From assembly GCA_046719185.1 (NCBI GenBank), contig JBDNDK010000002.1:1-33651 (forward strand): a DNA stretch of 33,651 nt, in the 5' to 3' direction. Position 1 is the first letter of the stretch; the number at the start of each line of letters is the position of its first letter. Below are positions 25,539 through 33,565 of the stretch, one piece after another. Origin of the DNA: Armatimonadota bacterium (lineage in GTDB: Bacteria; Armatimonadota; UBA5829). A program made the position numbers and the translations under genes. The notes beneath the pieces are model-generated. The model saw nothing but the letters and a program-made list of their open reading frames with translations. It was not told where the DNA came from and ran no database searches.

Positions 25539-26558
25539 ATGTCTAAATATAGAGTAGCTGTTGTTGGTGCTGGTGCTGTTGGTGAAGAAATGGTTAGAGT
25601 ATTAGCCCAAAGAAACTTCCCAATGGAAAGTTTAGTAATACTTGCAAGATCATCAAGAAAGCAAGAAATTGATGGTGTTGAATATGATGTAAAAGAAACA
25701 ACTCCGGAAGCTTTTGATGATATTGATATAGCATTTTTTGCTGGAACAGAAGGTGTGAAAGGTGCCAGCCAATTATATGGTTGGGAAGCTGTAGCTAGAG
25801 GTGTTTTTGTAATTGATAATGGTGATGACTATAGAATGGATGACAGAGTGCCTTTAGTTGTTCCTGAGGTAAATGGTGATGCTATTGCAAACCATCAAGG
25901 TTTTATTTCAAACCCAAACTGCAGCACTATCCAAATGGTTCATGCACTTGCTCCTCTTCACAAAAAAGCAGGATTAAAGAGAATTGTTGTTTCCACATAC
26001 CAGTCTGTTTCTGGTACTGGTAGCGGAGCTATTAAAGAGCTTGAACAGCAATTGAAAGCTTATGTGAGTGGTGAAGATATGCATATTGAAAACTATCCAT
26101 ATCAAATACTTCTAAATCTCATTCCTCAGATTAGTTCATTGAAGAATGAATTTGAAGGATACTATGGTGAAGAAATCAAGATGATAAAAGAAACAAGAAA
26201 GATTTTTGGGATTCCTAATCTTTCAGTTTCAGCTACTTGTGTCAGAGTGCCTGTATTCAGAGCTCACTCAGAGGCAATAAATGCTGAGTTTGAGAATCCA
26301 ATAACTGCGGATGAAGCAAGAGAAGCTTTAGCTAATTGGCCCGGAATTGAAGTGATTGATGATCCAGCAAACAGCAAATATCCTATGCCTTTAATGGCTG
26401 AGGGTAAAGATCCAACTTATGTTGGAAGAATCAGACAAGACAGCTGCAACAAAAACACTCTTGACCTATGGGTTGTTGCTGATAACATCAGAAAAGGTGC
26501 AGCATTAAATGCTGTTCAAATCGCAGAAGAAGCTATTGCTAAGGGATATATAAAATAG
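25539..26558 (+). CDS. asd: aspartate-semialdehyde dehydrogenase
   Basis: VAVVGAGAVGEEM, the active-site motif SNPNCSTIQMV, and RVPVFRAHSEA. The SD AGGAG lies upstream. Confidence 0.95.
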   Translation: MSKYRVAVVGAGAVGEEMVRVLAQRNFPMESLVILARSSRKQEIDGVEYDVKETTPEAFDDIDIAFFAGTEGVKGASQLYGWEAVARGVFVIDNGDDYRMDDRVPLVVPEVNGDAIANHQGFISNPNCSTIQMVHALAPLHKKAGLKRIVVSTYQSVSGTGSGAIKELEQQLKAYVSGEDMHIENYPYQILLNLIPQISSLKNEFEGYYGEEIKMIKETRKIFGIPNLSVSATCVRVPVFRAHSEAINAEFENPITADEAREALANWPGIEVIDDPANSKYPMPLMAEGKDPTYVGRIRQDSCNKNTLDLWVVADNIRKGAALNAVQIAEEAIAKGYIK

Positions 26559-26565
26559 ATTACTA

Positions 26566-26636
26566 CTGTCATCCTGAACTTGTTTCAGGATCTATTAAGA
26601 ATTTTATGAGATGCTGAATCTAGTTCAGCATGACGG
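26566..26636. repeat. about 70-bp imperfect palindromic element made of two related hairpins (REP/MITE-like)
   Basis: Hairpin 1 is ATCCTGAA-cttgt-TTCAGGAT (26571-26591). Hairpin 2 is ATGCTGAA-tctag-TTCAGCAT (26611-26631). The outer GTCAT / ATGAC arms also pair. Confidence 0.75.
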
Positions 26637-26645
26637 AATAAAAAT

Positions 26646-26692
26646 GGTGTTTCGAGAAATTGTAGGTGTTTCGGGAACTTGTTCCCGAAACC
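26646..26692. repeat. tandem 19-mer (GGTGTTTCGAGAAATTGTA / GGTGTTTCGGGAACTTGTT) whose second copy forms a 10-bp hairpin
   Basis: GTTTCGGGAA-cttg-TTCCCGAAAC lies at 26668-26691. It shares the GAACTTGTT neck with hairpin 1 of the adjacent element. Confidence 0.7.
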
Positions 26693-26747
26693 TATATTTA
26701 ATTCTAATAGCAAATACCCTTAAGTAAAATAAAAAAAAGTAGATTAT

Positions 26748-28433
26748 ATGAAAGAATGGAATATAGAGCAAAGCAGAGGCAAACTTCATATTATCCCACT
26801 TGGCGGAGTGATGGAGATAGGGAAGAATATCACTGCCTATGTGTATGATGAAGAAATATTGGTAGTTGATGGTGGTTTGATGTTTCCTGAAGAGGAAATG
26901 TTGGGAGTTGATATAGTAATTCCTGATGTATCTTTCTTAGAGGAACATTCAGATAAAGTATTAGGTATTGTTCTTACTCATGGTCATGAGGATCACATTG
27001 GTGCATTACCTTATATACTAAGAAGATTAGATTGTCCTGTATGGGGCACACCTCTAACTCTTGGTTTTTTGTCAAATAAGCTTTCAGAACATAAAATGCT
27101 TGAAATGGCAAAACTCAACACAGTATCCACAGATGCAAAGCTTGAGATTGGTAATTTCAAGGTTGAATATGTGAGAGTATCACATAGTATTCCAGATGCA
27201 TGTGGTATCATAATCCACACTCCAAACAGTATAGTTGTTCATACAAGTGATTTTAAGTTTGACCAAACACCAATTGATGGAAATCTAGCAGATGTAAACT
27301 TACTTGCAAAAACTGGTGAATTGGGAGTTGATGTGCTTTTGTGTGATTCAACAAATGTTGAGAAAAGTGGATTTACACCAAGTGAGAGCAGAGTAGGTGA
27401 AAGTATTGATCAAATATTTGCAGAGGCTCAAGGAAGAATAATTATTGCAGCATTTGCCTCTAATATTCATAGGGTTCAGCAAGTATTTAACATAGCAGCA
27501 AAACATAATAGAAAAGTTGCTGTTGTTGGCAGAAGTATGGAAGCTAATGTAAGAATTGCTGAAGAACTAGGCTATCTAAAGATTCCTGAGGGAGTGAAGA
27601 TAGGTGTTGAAAGTCTTGATAAATTAGATACTTCTGAAATTGCTATTATGACCACTGGCAGTCAGGGTGAGCCTCTTTCTGCACTTTCCAGAATGGCAAT
27701 GGATGAGCATAAGTATATTAAGGTTGAAAAAGGTGATGTTGTAATCATAAGTGCCACACCAATACCGGGCAATGAAGATTTAGTATTAAGAACTGTAAAC
27801 AGACTTTTCAAGCTGGGAGCAGAGGTTGTTTATGAGACTAATATGAATATACATTCATCTGGGCATGCAAATCAGGAAGATATCAAATTTATGCTCAACA
27901 TAATTAAGCCAAAGTATGTGATACCTGTGCATGGTGAGGCAAGGCATTTCTCAAAATTTGTTAAGCTTGCAAAGACAGTAGGATATTCAGATGATAATAT
28001 ATTAGAAATGAATCCGGGTGATGTGCTTGCAATAAACACAGATGGTGCACAAATTGTTGGCAGAGTGCATGCAGGAATGATAATGGTTGATGGGTTGGGT
28101 GTTGGAGATGTAGAAGACCCTGTATTAAGAGATAGAAGACATCTTGCAAATGATGGCATTGTAATAGCTGTAATTGGAATAGATATAAACACTATGGAAA
28201 TAGTATCAGGTCCGGATATTCTTACTAGAGGTGTTATGGGTGAGGAATATGCAAGTGATCTCATAGATTCTGCAAAAGATGCTGTGATTGCAAAACTAGA
28301 TGATTTCTTAAATGAGGATTCTGTGATGGATATAGATGGAATAAAAGCAATAACAAAAAAAGCTATTTTGAAGGTTATACATGATGCAACTCACAGAAGA
28401 CCAATGATAGTACCTATAGTACTTGAACTGTAA
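26748..28433 (+). CDS. rnj: ribonuclease J
   Basis: The metallo-beta-lactamase motif LTHGHEDHIGALPY and a beta-CASP region are present, in a 561-aa RNase J architecture. No obvious SD precedes the start. Confidence 0.93.
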   Translation: MKEWNIEQSRGKLHIIPLGGVMEIGKNITAYVYDEEILVVDGGLMFPEEEMLGVDIVIPDVSFLEEHSDKVLGIVLTHGHEDHIGALPYILRRLDCPVWGTPLTLGFLSNKLSEHKMLEMAKLNTVSTDAKLEIGNFKVEYVRVSHSIPDACGIIIHTPNSIVVHTSDFKFDQTPIDGNLADVNLLAKTGELGVDVLLCDSTNVEKSGFTPSESRVGESIDQIFAEAQGRIIIAAFASNIHRVQQVFNIAAKHNRKVAVVGRSMEANVRIAEELGYLKIPEGVKIGVESLDKLDTSEIAIMTTGSQGEPLSALSRMAMDEHKYIKVEKGDVVIISATPIPGNEDLVLRTVNRLFKLGAEVVYETNMNIHSSGHANQEDIKFMLNIIKPKYVIPVHGEARHFSKFVKLAKTVGYSDDNILEMNPGDVLAINTDGAQIVGRVHAGMIMVDGLGVGDVEDPVLRDRRHLANDGIVIAVIGIDINTMEIVSGPDILTRGVMGEEYASDLIDSAKDAVIAKLDDFLNEDSVMDIDGIKAITKKAILKVIHDATHRRPMIVPIVLEL

Positions 28434-28518
28434 AAGATTAATTTCTGACCTTATGCCATATCAATCATTCGTCTTGTTGATCTTGGCTCAGCATCTTTAA
28501 TAATTATATAGTTTCCAA

Positions 28519-28555
28519 ATCAAGTTTAAAATGACGTCATTGTAGTTTCAGCACG
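28519..28555. repeat. possible decayed copy of the 26566-26636 palindromic element
   Basis: ATCAAGTTTAAAATGACGT matches the right arm ATCTAGTTCAGCATGACGG at 14 of 19 positions. It is followed by GTCATTGTAGTTTCAGCACG, which resembles the left arm GTCAT...TTGTTTCAGGATC. This is an eye alignment only. Confidence 0.25.
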
Positions 28556-28712
28556 TCCACCTTGGGTCCATGACTCGTGCATATTCAAAAACACCATGTA
28601 AATCACCAACAAAACTCATAATTACAATAAAGAAAGATGTAGGTGCAAGTGAAGGCAATTGAATACATTCCATTTATTAGCCCATCAATAAGAAACCTCT
28701 GTTTTATATTAT

Positions 28713-29984
28713 CTATATATTATCTAAATCAATATTGATTTTTTCAATAGTTTCAGATTTTCTTGATTTTTCAGCAGCAAATACCATTAAATGGCTTATT
28801 AATGATATTTCAGGACCTGATGAAATATAAATTGGATTATTTTCTTTTAATGCTTTTAGAAAAGATTTCATCAATCCAAAATCTCCGCCACCATGTCCTG
28901 ATGTTATTTGACCATCACCAGCATATAAATCAATTTTGTTTGTAGTTTGTGTTAGAAAGTCATAATGTTCAATTCCATTATCATCACATCTCAGAGTACC
29001 TTGATCACCCATAATATATATTTCTCTGCCTCCACCTTTATTGAAAGCAGACATTGTAAATGATGCTTCTGCACCATCTTCAAACTCCAAATTTACTATC
29101 TGTTTATCCACAACATCATTATCACAAGCATACACACATCTTCCATAAGGACCTTTTTCAAGAGCCTTGGAAACTGATTCCACAGTTGGAATTGGTGTCA
29201 ACACACTAATAGGCCATTGATTAAGATTATCTTCTTTTCCTCTCAAATACATTTTCAATGCTGAGTATGCACATTTAGATTCTATTTCTTCAGGGCAATT
29301 TATGCATCTATCAGCAGCACCTTTAGGTTGATTTTCTTTTGTGAAATATGAAAGAGATCCAAATGAAGATACTTTTGTGCATTTTTTATTTATAAAGTAG
29401 TTAATTAGATCTATGTCGTGGCAGGATTTTGCAAGCAGCATAAAAGATGACTCATTTTCATTTCTCCAATTGCCTCTTACAAAGGAATGAGCATAATGTG
29501 CAAATCCAACTGGTTCAAGTAGCTGAATATTTCTTATTTTACCAATAATACCACTATCAATCATTTCTTTGAGTTTTATATTAAAATCTGTATATCTTAG
29601 CACATGACATACAGCAAACATTACACCGGTATCTTTAATTGTTTTGTATATACTTATGCAGTCTTCAGGATTAGTTGCCATAGGTTTTTCTAATAGTATG
29701 TGATAACCTTTTTTTGCAAATGCTATTGCTGGATCTTTATGCATTCTATCTTGTGTACAAATAATCACGGCATCAGCAAGCTTTGGTTTTCCCGCTAATT
29801 CTTCCCAAGAATTAAAAACATTTTCTCTTGGAATAGAGAAATTATTTGTAAATATATTTCTATTTATTTGATTTGGTTCACAAACACCTACTACTTTTCC
29901 TTCATTTGGATAATGATGTATATATGATGTGTATCCAAATCCTCTTTGACCAGCACCTACAACAATAAAAGTTGGGATTTTCAT
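28713..29984 (-). CDS. Gfo/Idh/MocA family NAD(P)-dependent oxidoreductase
   Basis: It has the N-terminal Rossmann motif VVGAGQRGFGY and the EKP motif (HILLEKPMA). GGAG lies 6 nt before ATG 29984, and the listed TTG at 29996 overlaps that SD. A Cys-containing insert reads ADRCINCPEEIESKC. Confidence 0.85.
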   Translation of the reverse strand: MKIPTFIVVGAGQRGFGYTSYIHHYPNEGKVVGVCEPNQINRNIFTNNFSIPRENVFNSWEELAGKPKLADAVIICTQDRMHKDPAIAFAKKGYHILLEKPMATNPEDCISIYKTIKDTGVMFAVCHVLRYTDFNIKLKEMIDSGIIGKIRNIQLLEPVGFAHYAHSFVRGNWRNENESSFMLLAKSCHDIDLINYFINKKCTKVSSFGSLSYFTKENQPKGAADRCINCPEEIESKCAYSALKMYLRGKEDNLNQWPISVLTPIPTVESVSKALEKGPYGRCVYACDNDVVDKQIVNLEFEDGAEASFTMSAFNKGGGREIYIMGDQGTLRCDDNGIEHYDFLTQTTNKIDLYAGDGQITSGHGGGDFGLMKSFLKALKENNPIYISSGPEISLISHLMVFAAEKSRKSETIEKINIDLDNI

Positions 29985-30102
29985 AAATTTCTCCAAAAGA
30001 TTTTAATTGATACAAAAAACTCTGAAAGATATAAGCATCTAAATATATTACAAAAATATCTGTTTGAGTTCAATATTTTACTTAATAAAGAATTTATTAT
30101 TC

Positions 30103-30131
30103 TTGCACAATAACATCTTATAACCTAAAAT
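30103..30131 (+). promoter_or_regulatory. candidate sigma70 promoter for ychF
   Basis: TTGCAC (30103-30108), a 17-nt spacer and TAAAAT (30126-30131), about 40 nt upstream of the ychF start. Confidence 0.5.
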
Positions 30132-30170
30132 ATAGCAGGATAATGTAAAATCAATTGGAGTTTATAATAT

Positions 30171-31259
30171 ATGAAAGTTGGAATAGTAGGATTGCCTCAA
30201 TCTGGTAAAACAACCCTTTTTAGAGCATTAACAAGGGGAGCTGTGAGTACAGATTCATTTGGCAGCAATAGTGGCAAAGCAAATATTGGGGTTGTGAACG
30301 TACCTGATGAGAGGGTTGATTTCTTTGTTAAGGAATATAGTCCCAAAAAAATTACTTATGCAAGCATTGAATTTGTTGATGGTGCTGCCAAAGTGAATGT
30401 TGATTCAGGTAAAAGCAAATTTGGATCAGATTTCTTTGCAGATGTCAGACAAGTTGATATGCTGGTTAATGTTCTAAGAGGATTTGAGTCTGATATTGGT
30501 GATAGTCCTACTCCTGTAAAAGACATTCAGCAATTAATGGATGAGCTTTTGCTTGCAGATCTTCAGATGATAGAAAAAAGACTTGAGAAGATTGAAAAGC
30601 AAATGCATGGTGTAAAAAAAGGTGTTACAAATATGGTAACAATGGAAAATGACCTTTTACATAGATTGAAAGCTGTTTTAGAAGAAGGTAAATTTCTTAA
30701 AATTGATATGCTTAGTGCTGATGAGGAAAAGTTTATTAGGAATTATGATTTTCTTACATTAAAGCCAATCATACATGTTCTAAATGTAGCGGAGTCTGAC
30801 ATTGGTTCTGATAGTGAAGTTGTAAGTCAATATAGAGCATATTGTGAAGCTAATAGTCTAAATCCGGTAGTATTGTGTGCTGAGCTTGAGCAGGAAGTTT
30901 CTCAATTATCTGATGAAGATGAAGCTGAATTTTTAAAATCATCAGGAATTGAAGAGCCTGCAAGAAATGTATTGATAAAAGAATGTTATGAAAAATTAGG
31001 ACTGATATCATTTATCACTGCAGGCGAACCTGAAGTTAGAGCATGGACACTGAATAAGGGAATGAAAGCAGTTGATGCTGCTGGTACAATACATTCTGAC
31101 CTTGCAAGAGGATTTATAAGAATGGAAGTTGCTAATTTTGATAAAGTTAAAGAGGCTGGTGGATGGGAATTAGCCAAAAAGGCTGGAATAGTTGAGCTGC
31201 AAATGAAGGACTATATTGTTCAAGATGGTGATGTTGTTTATATAAGATTCAAAGTTTAA
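30171..31259 (+). CDS. ychF: ribosome-binding (redox-regulated) ATPase YchF
   Basis: P-loop GIVGLPQSGKTTLF and a C-terminal TGS-like region (VRAWTLNKGMKAVDAAGTIHSDLARGFI). Length is 362 aa. Confidence 0.95.
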   Translation: MKVGIVGLPQSGKTTLFRALTRGAVSTDSFGSNSGKANIGVVNVPDERVDFFVKEYSPKKITYASIEFVDGAAKVNVDSGKSKFGSDFFADVRQVDMLVNVLRGFESDIGDSPTPVKDIQQLMDELLLADLQMIEKRLEKIEKQMHGVKKGVTNMVTMENDLLHRLKAVLEEGKFLKIDMLSADEEKFIRNYDFLTLKPIIHVLNVAESDIGSDSEVVSQYRAYCEANSLNPVVLCAELEQEVSQLSDEDEAEFLKSSGIEEPARNVLIKECYEKLGLISFITAGEPEVRAWTLNKGMKAVDAAGTIHSDLARGFIRMEVANFDKVKEAGGWELAKKAGIVELQMKDYIVQDGDVVYIRFKV

Positions 31260-31436
31260 TTAGAGGAAAATATGAAATAAATACCTAAATATGTTTTGTT
31301 ATAAAATAAAAATCTTATATTAAAAATATAGTAGCATATGTTGCTAAAATATGTCATTGGGTAGTGTTTGCAACACAAAAAAAGCAATATCAGTTTATAA
31401 TTTATAAAATATTTATATTTTTTGTCCTAAAAGCTC

Positions 31437-31466
31437 TTGACATGCAGGTATTTGTACGAGTATAAT
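31437..31466 (+). promoter_or_regulatory. near-consensus sigma70 promoter with an A/T-rich UP region, not adjacent to any ORF start
   Basis: TTGACA (31437-31442), an 18-nt spacer and TATAAT (31461-31466), preceded by ATAATTTATAAAATATTTATATTTTTT. Confidence 0.7.
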
Positions 31467-31471
31467 ACAAA

Positions 31472-31541
31472 TGCTTCTTTTTCTCCTTTCACTACCTCTG
31501 CTGGGCTTGGCTGAGACGCCCTACGGCCAAGTCACTTTTTT
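31472..31541 (+). ncRNA. candidate short structured RNA / cis-regulatory leader of about 70 nt (CU-rich 5' half, GC-rich terminator-embedded GGCUGAGA element)
   Basis: The element is bounded by the promoter above and the terminator below. Its GC-rich core (CCTCTGCTGGGCTTGGCTGAGACGCCCTACGGCCAAGTC) sits in an otherwise extremely AT-rich spacer. No class could be assigned. Confidence 0.4.
31504..31541 (+). terminator. intrinsic terminator inside the 382-bp ychF/kinase spacer
   Basis: The stem GGCTTGGC (31504-31511) / GCCAAGTC (31526-31533) has 8 bp with one G-U. It encloses the 14-nt loop TGAGACGCCCTACG and is followed by AC plus T6 (31536-31541). Confidence 0.65.
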
Positions 31542-31641
31542 GATTTATGATTGCTAAAATTTATTTGTGTTTTATATTAAGCAGAGGGAAAAATCTTCAA
31601 TATATACTTCCCACAATATTTTTATATAGGTAATTTTGTAA

Positions 31642-32589
31642 ATGGCTGAAAATCTAGATAGGACTGTTCTCATGAATATCATATCAAAAAAGTTTGATAT
31701 TCCTATGAGACAAGTTGTATTAGATAGGGTTTCCACTGGAAAATTCAATACAACATATTTTGTAAAAGGCTACTCAGAACCTTTGGTATTGAGGGTTGCT
31801 CCTCCAGATAATGCAGGTTTTGTTTTTTATGAAAAAAAGATGATGGCTCAAGAACCTCAAATACATAAACTTGTATTGGAAAATACATCTGTTCCTGTTC
31901 CGAAAATTTATTTATATGATGATTCCAGAGAGCTTATAGATAGAGATTATATTATTATGCAAAGACTTGATGGGATAGCTTTAACAAATTATAGGTGCAC
32001 TCTGCCTGAGTATTATAGAATTTTAGAACAGATTGGAAAATATTTATGCGAGATTCATGATATAACATCAAAGAAATATGGCTATTTAGGTGCTCATAAA
32101 CCTATGGAACCTGCTGATGATTGGGCATCTGCTTTTAATATTATGTGGAACAAAATGATTGATGATATTGTAAATGCAGGATATTATAGTGCTATTGAAG
32201 AATCAATGATGAGAAGAAAATTATATGAAAACTATTCTCATTTTGACAGACCTGTAGTATCAAGACTTTTGCATATGGATGTGTGGAATCAGAATATATT
32301 GGTTAATATGGATGGTAAAGTTACAGGTCTTATAGATTTTGATAGAGCACTATGGGGTGATATTGAAATAGAGTTTGCTGTTCTTGATTATTGTGGAATC
32401 AGTGAAGCACCATTTTGGAGAGGATATGGAATGCAGAGAGATTTGTCTGATTCTGCAAAAATAAGAAGATTATTTTATTTGCTTTATGAAATACAAAAAT
32501 ACATAATTATAAGACATTATAGAGATAAAGATCCTAATAGTGCACAATCTTACAAAGCTGAAGTTCTTAGAATGATTAATTCTATATAA
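31642..32589 (+). CDS. APH / choline-kinase-like phosphotransferase family protein, substrate unknown
   Basis: Catalytic loop LLHMDVWNQNILVN (HxDxxxxN), the metal-binding motif GLIDFDRA, and an N-terminal nucleotide-binding lobe (FNTTYFVKG...LVLRVAP). The SD is weak, so the start is uncertain. Confidence 0.8.
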   Translation: MAENLDRTVLMNIISKKFDIPMRQVVLDRVSTGKFNTTYFVKGYSEPLVLRVAPPDNAGFVFYEKKMMAQEPQIHKLVLENTSVPVPKIYLYDDSRELIDRDYIIMQRLDGIALTNYRCTLPEYYRILEQIGKYLCEIHDITSKKYGYLGAHKPMEPADDWASAFNIMWNKMIDDIVNAGYYSAIEESMMRRKLYENYSHFDRPVVSRLLHMDVWNQNILVNMDGKVTGLIDFDRALWGDIEIEFAVLDYCGISEAPFWRGYGMQRDLSDSAKIRRLFYLLYEIQKYIIIRHYRDKDPNSAQSYKAEVLRMINSI

Positions 32590-32629
32590 TGATTTCTTTG
32601 CAGTAAAAAGCATTTAATGGAGAGTTGAG

Positions 32630-33565
32630 ATGATATTATCTGTAACTCCAAATGCTTCTATTGATATTACATATATTGTAGAAGGTTTTGGAGTTGATAA
32701 AATTCATAAGCCTAAAAGTTTGGAAATTGTTGCAGGTGGCAAAGGAATCAATATTGCAAGAGTTTTAAAAGAGCTAAATACGCCTTCAATGGCTACTGGT
32801 TTTATTGGTGGAAAGAATGGTGATATCATTCTTAATAAACTTTCTGAGGAAAAAATTCAAAATGATTTTGTGAGGGTTGGTGGTGAGTCCAGAACTTGCA
32901 TTAAAATTGTTGACCCCAAGAACTCTACTCAAACAGAAATAAATGAAACAGGTCCTGTGGTGACAAATGAGGATTCTACCTGTCTATTAAATAAGATAGA
33001 TGAATTATTATCTGGTGTTGAATTTCTTGTATTATCAGGAAGTTGTCCTCCGGGACTTGAAAATACATATTATGCTGATATAATTAAGCATGCTAAAAAT
33101 AAGAATGTAAGAGTTGTATTAGATGCAAGTGGTGAACAGTTAGCTGAGGCTGTGAAGGCTGTTCCTTATATTTTTAAGCCTAATGTTTTGGAGCTGTCTG
33201 AACTCACTAAAAAAGAGTTATATACTCAAGAAGAAGTTGTTAAATCTGCTCAAAACTTAATAGAGCAAGGAATAAAAATAGTTGCTGTTACAATGGGCAG
33301 ATCTGGTGCTATTGTAACTGATGGTAGAGAAATATGGCATGCCACTCCGCCTGAGATAAATTTTGTTAGTGCTGTTGGTTCTGGAGATGCATTTATTGCT
33401 GCATTTCTTGATACTATACTTAGAGGAGAGAGTATTTCATCTGCATTAGTTTGGGGTATATCTGCTGGTGCAGCTAATGCCTGCACACATAGTGCTGGTT
33501 TTGTTAAGAAGGAAGATATAGAGCAAATTAGGGAAGATGTCATACTTAGCAGACTCAGTATATAG
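32630..33565 (+). CDS. PfkB-family sugar-phosphate kinase (1-phosphofructokinase / tagatose-6-phosphate kinase subfamily)
   Basis: N-terminus MILSVTPNASIDITY, then VAGGKGINIARVL, and the C-terminal anion-hole motif AVGSGDAFIAAFL. The SD GGAGAG lies upstream. Confidence 0.88.
   Translation: MILSVTPNASIDITYIVEGFGVDKIHKPKSLEIVAGGKGINIARVLKELNTPSMATGFIGGKNGDIILNKLSEEKIQNDFVRVGGESRTCIKIVDPKNSTQTEINETGPVVTNEDSTCLLNKIDELLSGVEFLVLSGSCPPGLENTYYADIIKHAKNKNVRVVLDASGEQLAEAVKAVPYIFKPNVLELSELTKKELYTQEEVVKSAQNLIEQGIKIVAVTMGRSGAIVTDGREIWHATPPEINFVSAVGSGDAFIAAFLDTILRGESISSALVWGISAGAANACTHSAGFVKKEDIEQIREDVILSRLSI

Noticed and set aside
31495-31541. A canonical TPP (THI-box) riboswitch.
   Set aside because: Only the GGCUGAGA junction and a short GGG/CCC helix are present. 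The pyrophosphate-sensor arm (ACCUGAUCUGGAUAAUGCCAGCG-type sequence) and the P1 helix are absent. It cannot be a standard TPP aptamer and is at most a truncated or novel relative.
31471-31557. 28-codon ORF (MLLFLLSLPLLGLAETPYGQVTFLIYDC) starting 5 nt after the TATAAT box. It could be a leaderless hydrophobic peptide or type I toxin-like gene.
   Set aside because: There is no SD. The ATG lies closer to the -10 box than a normal transcription start. The ORF also runs through and past the terminator T-run at 31536-31541, so a terminated transcript would lack a stop codon. I keep it only as a minor alternative to the RNA interpretation.
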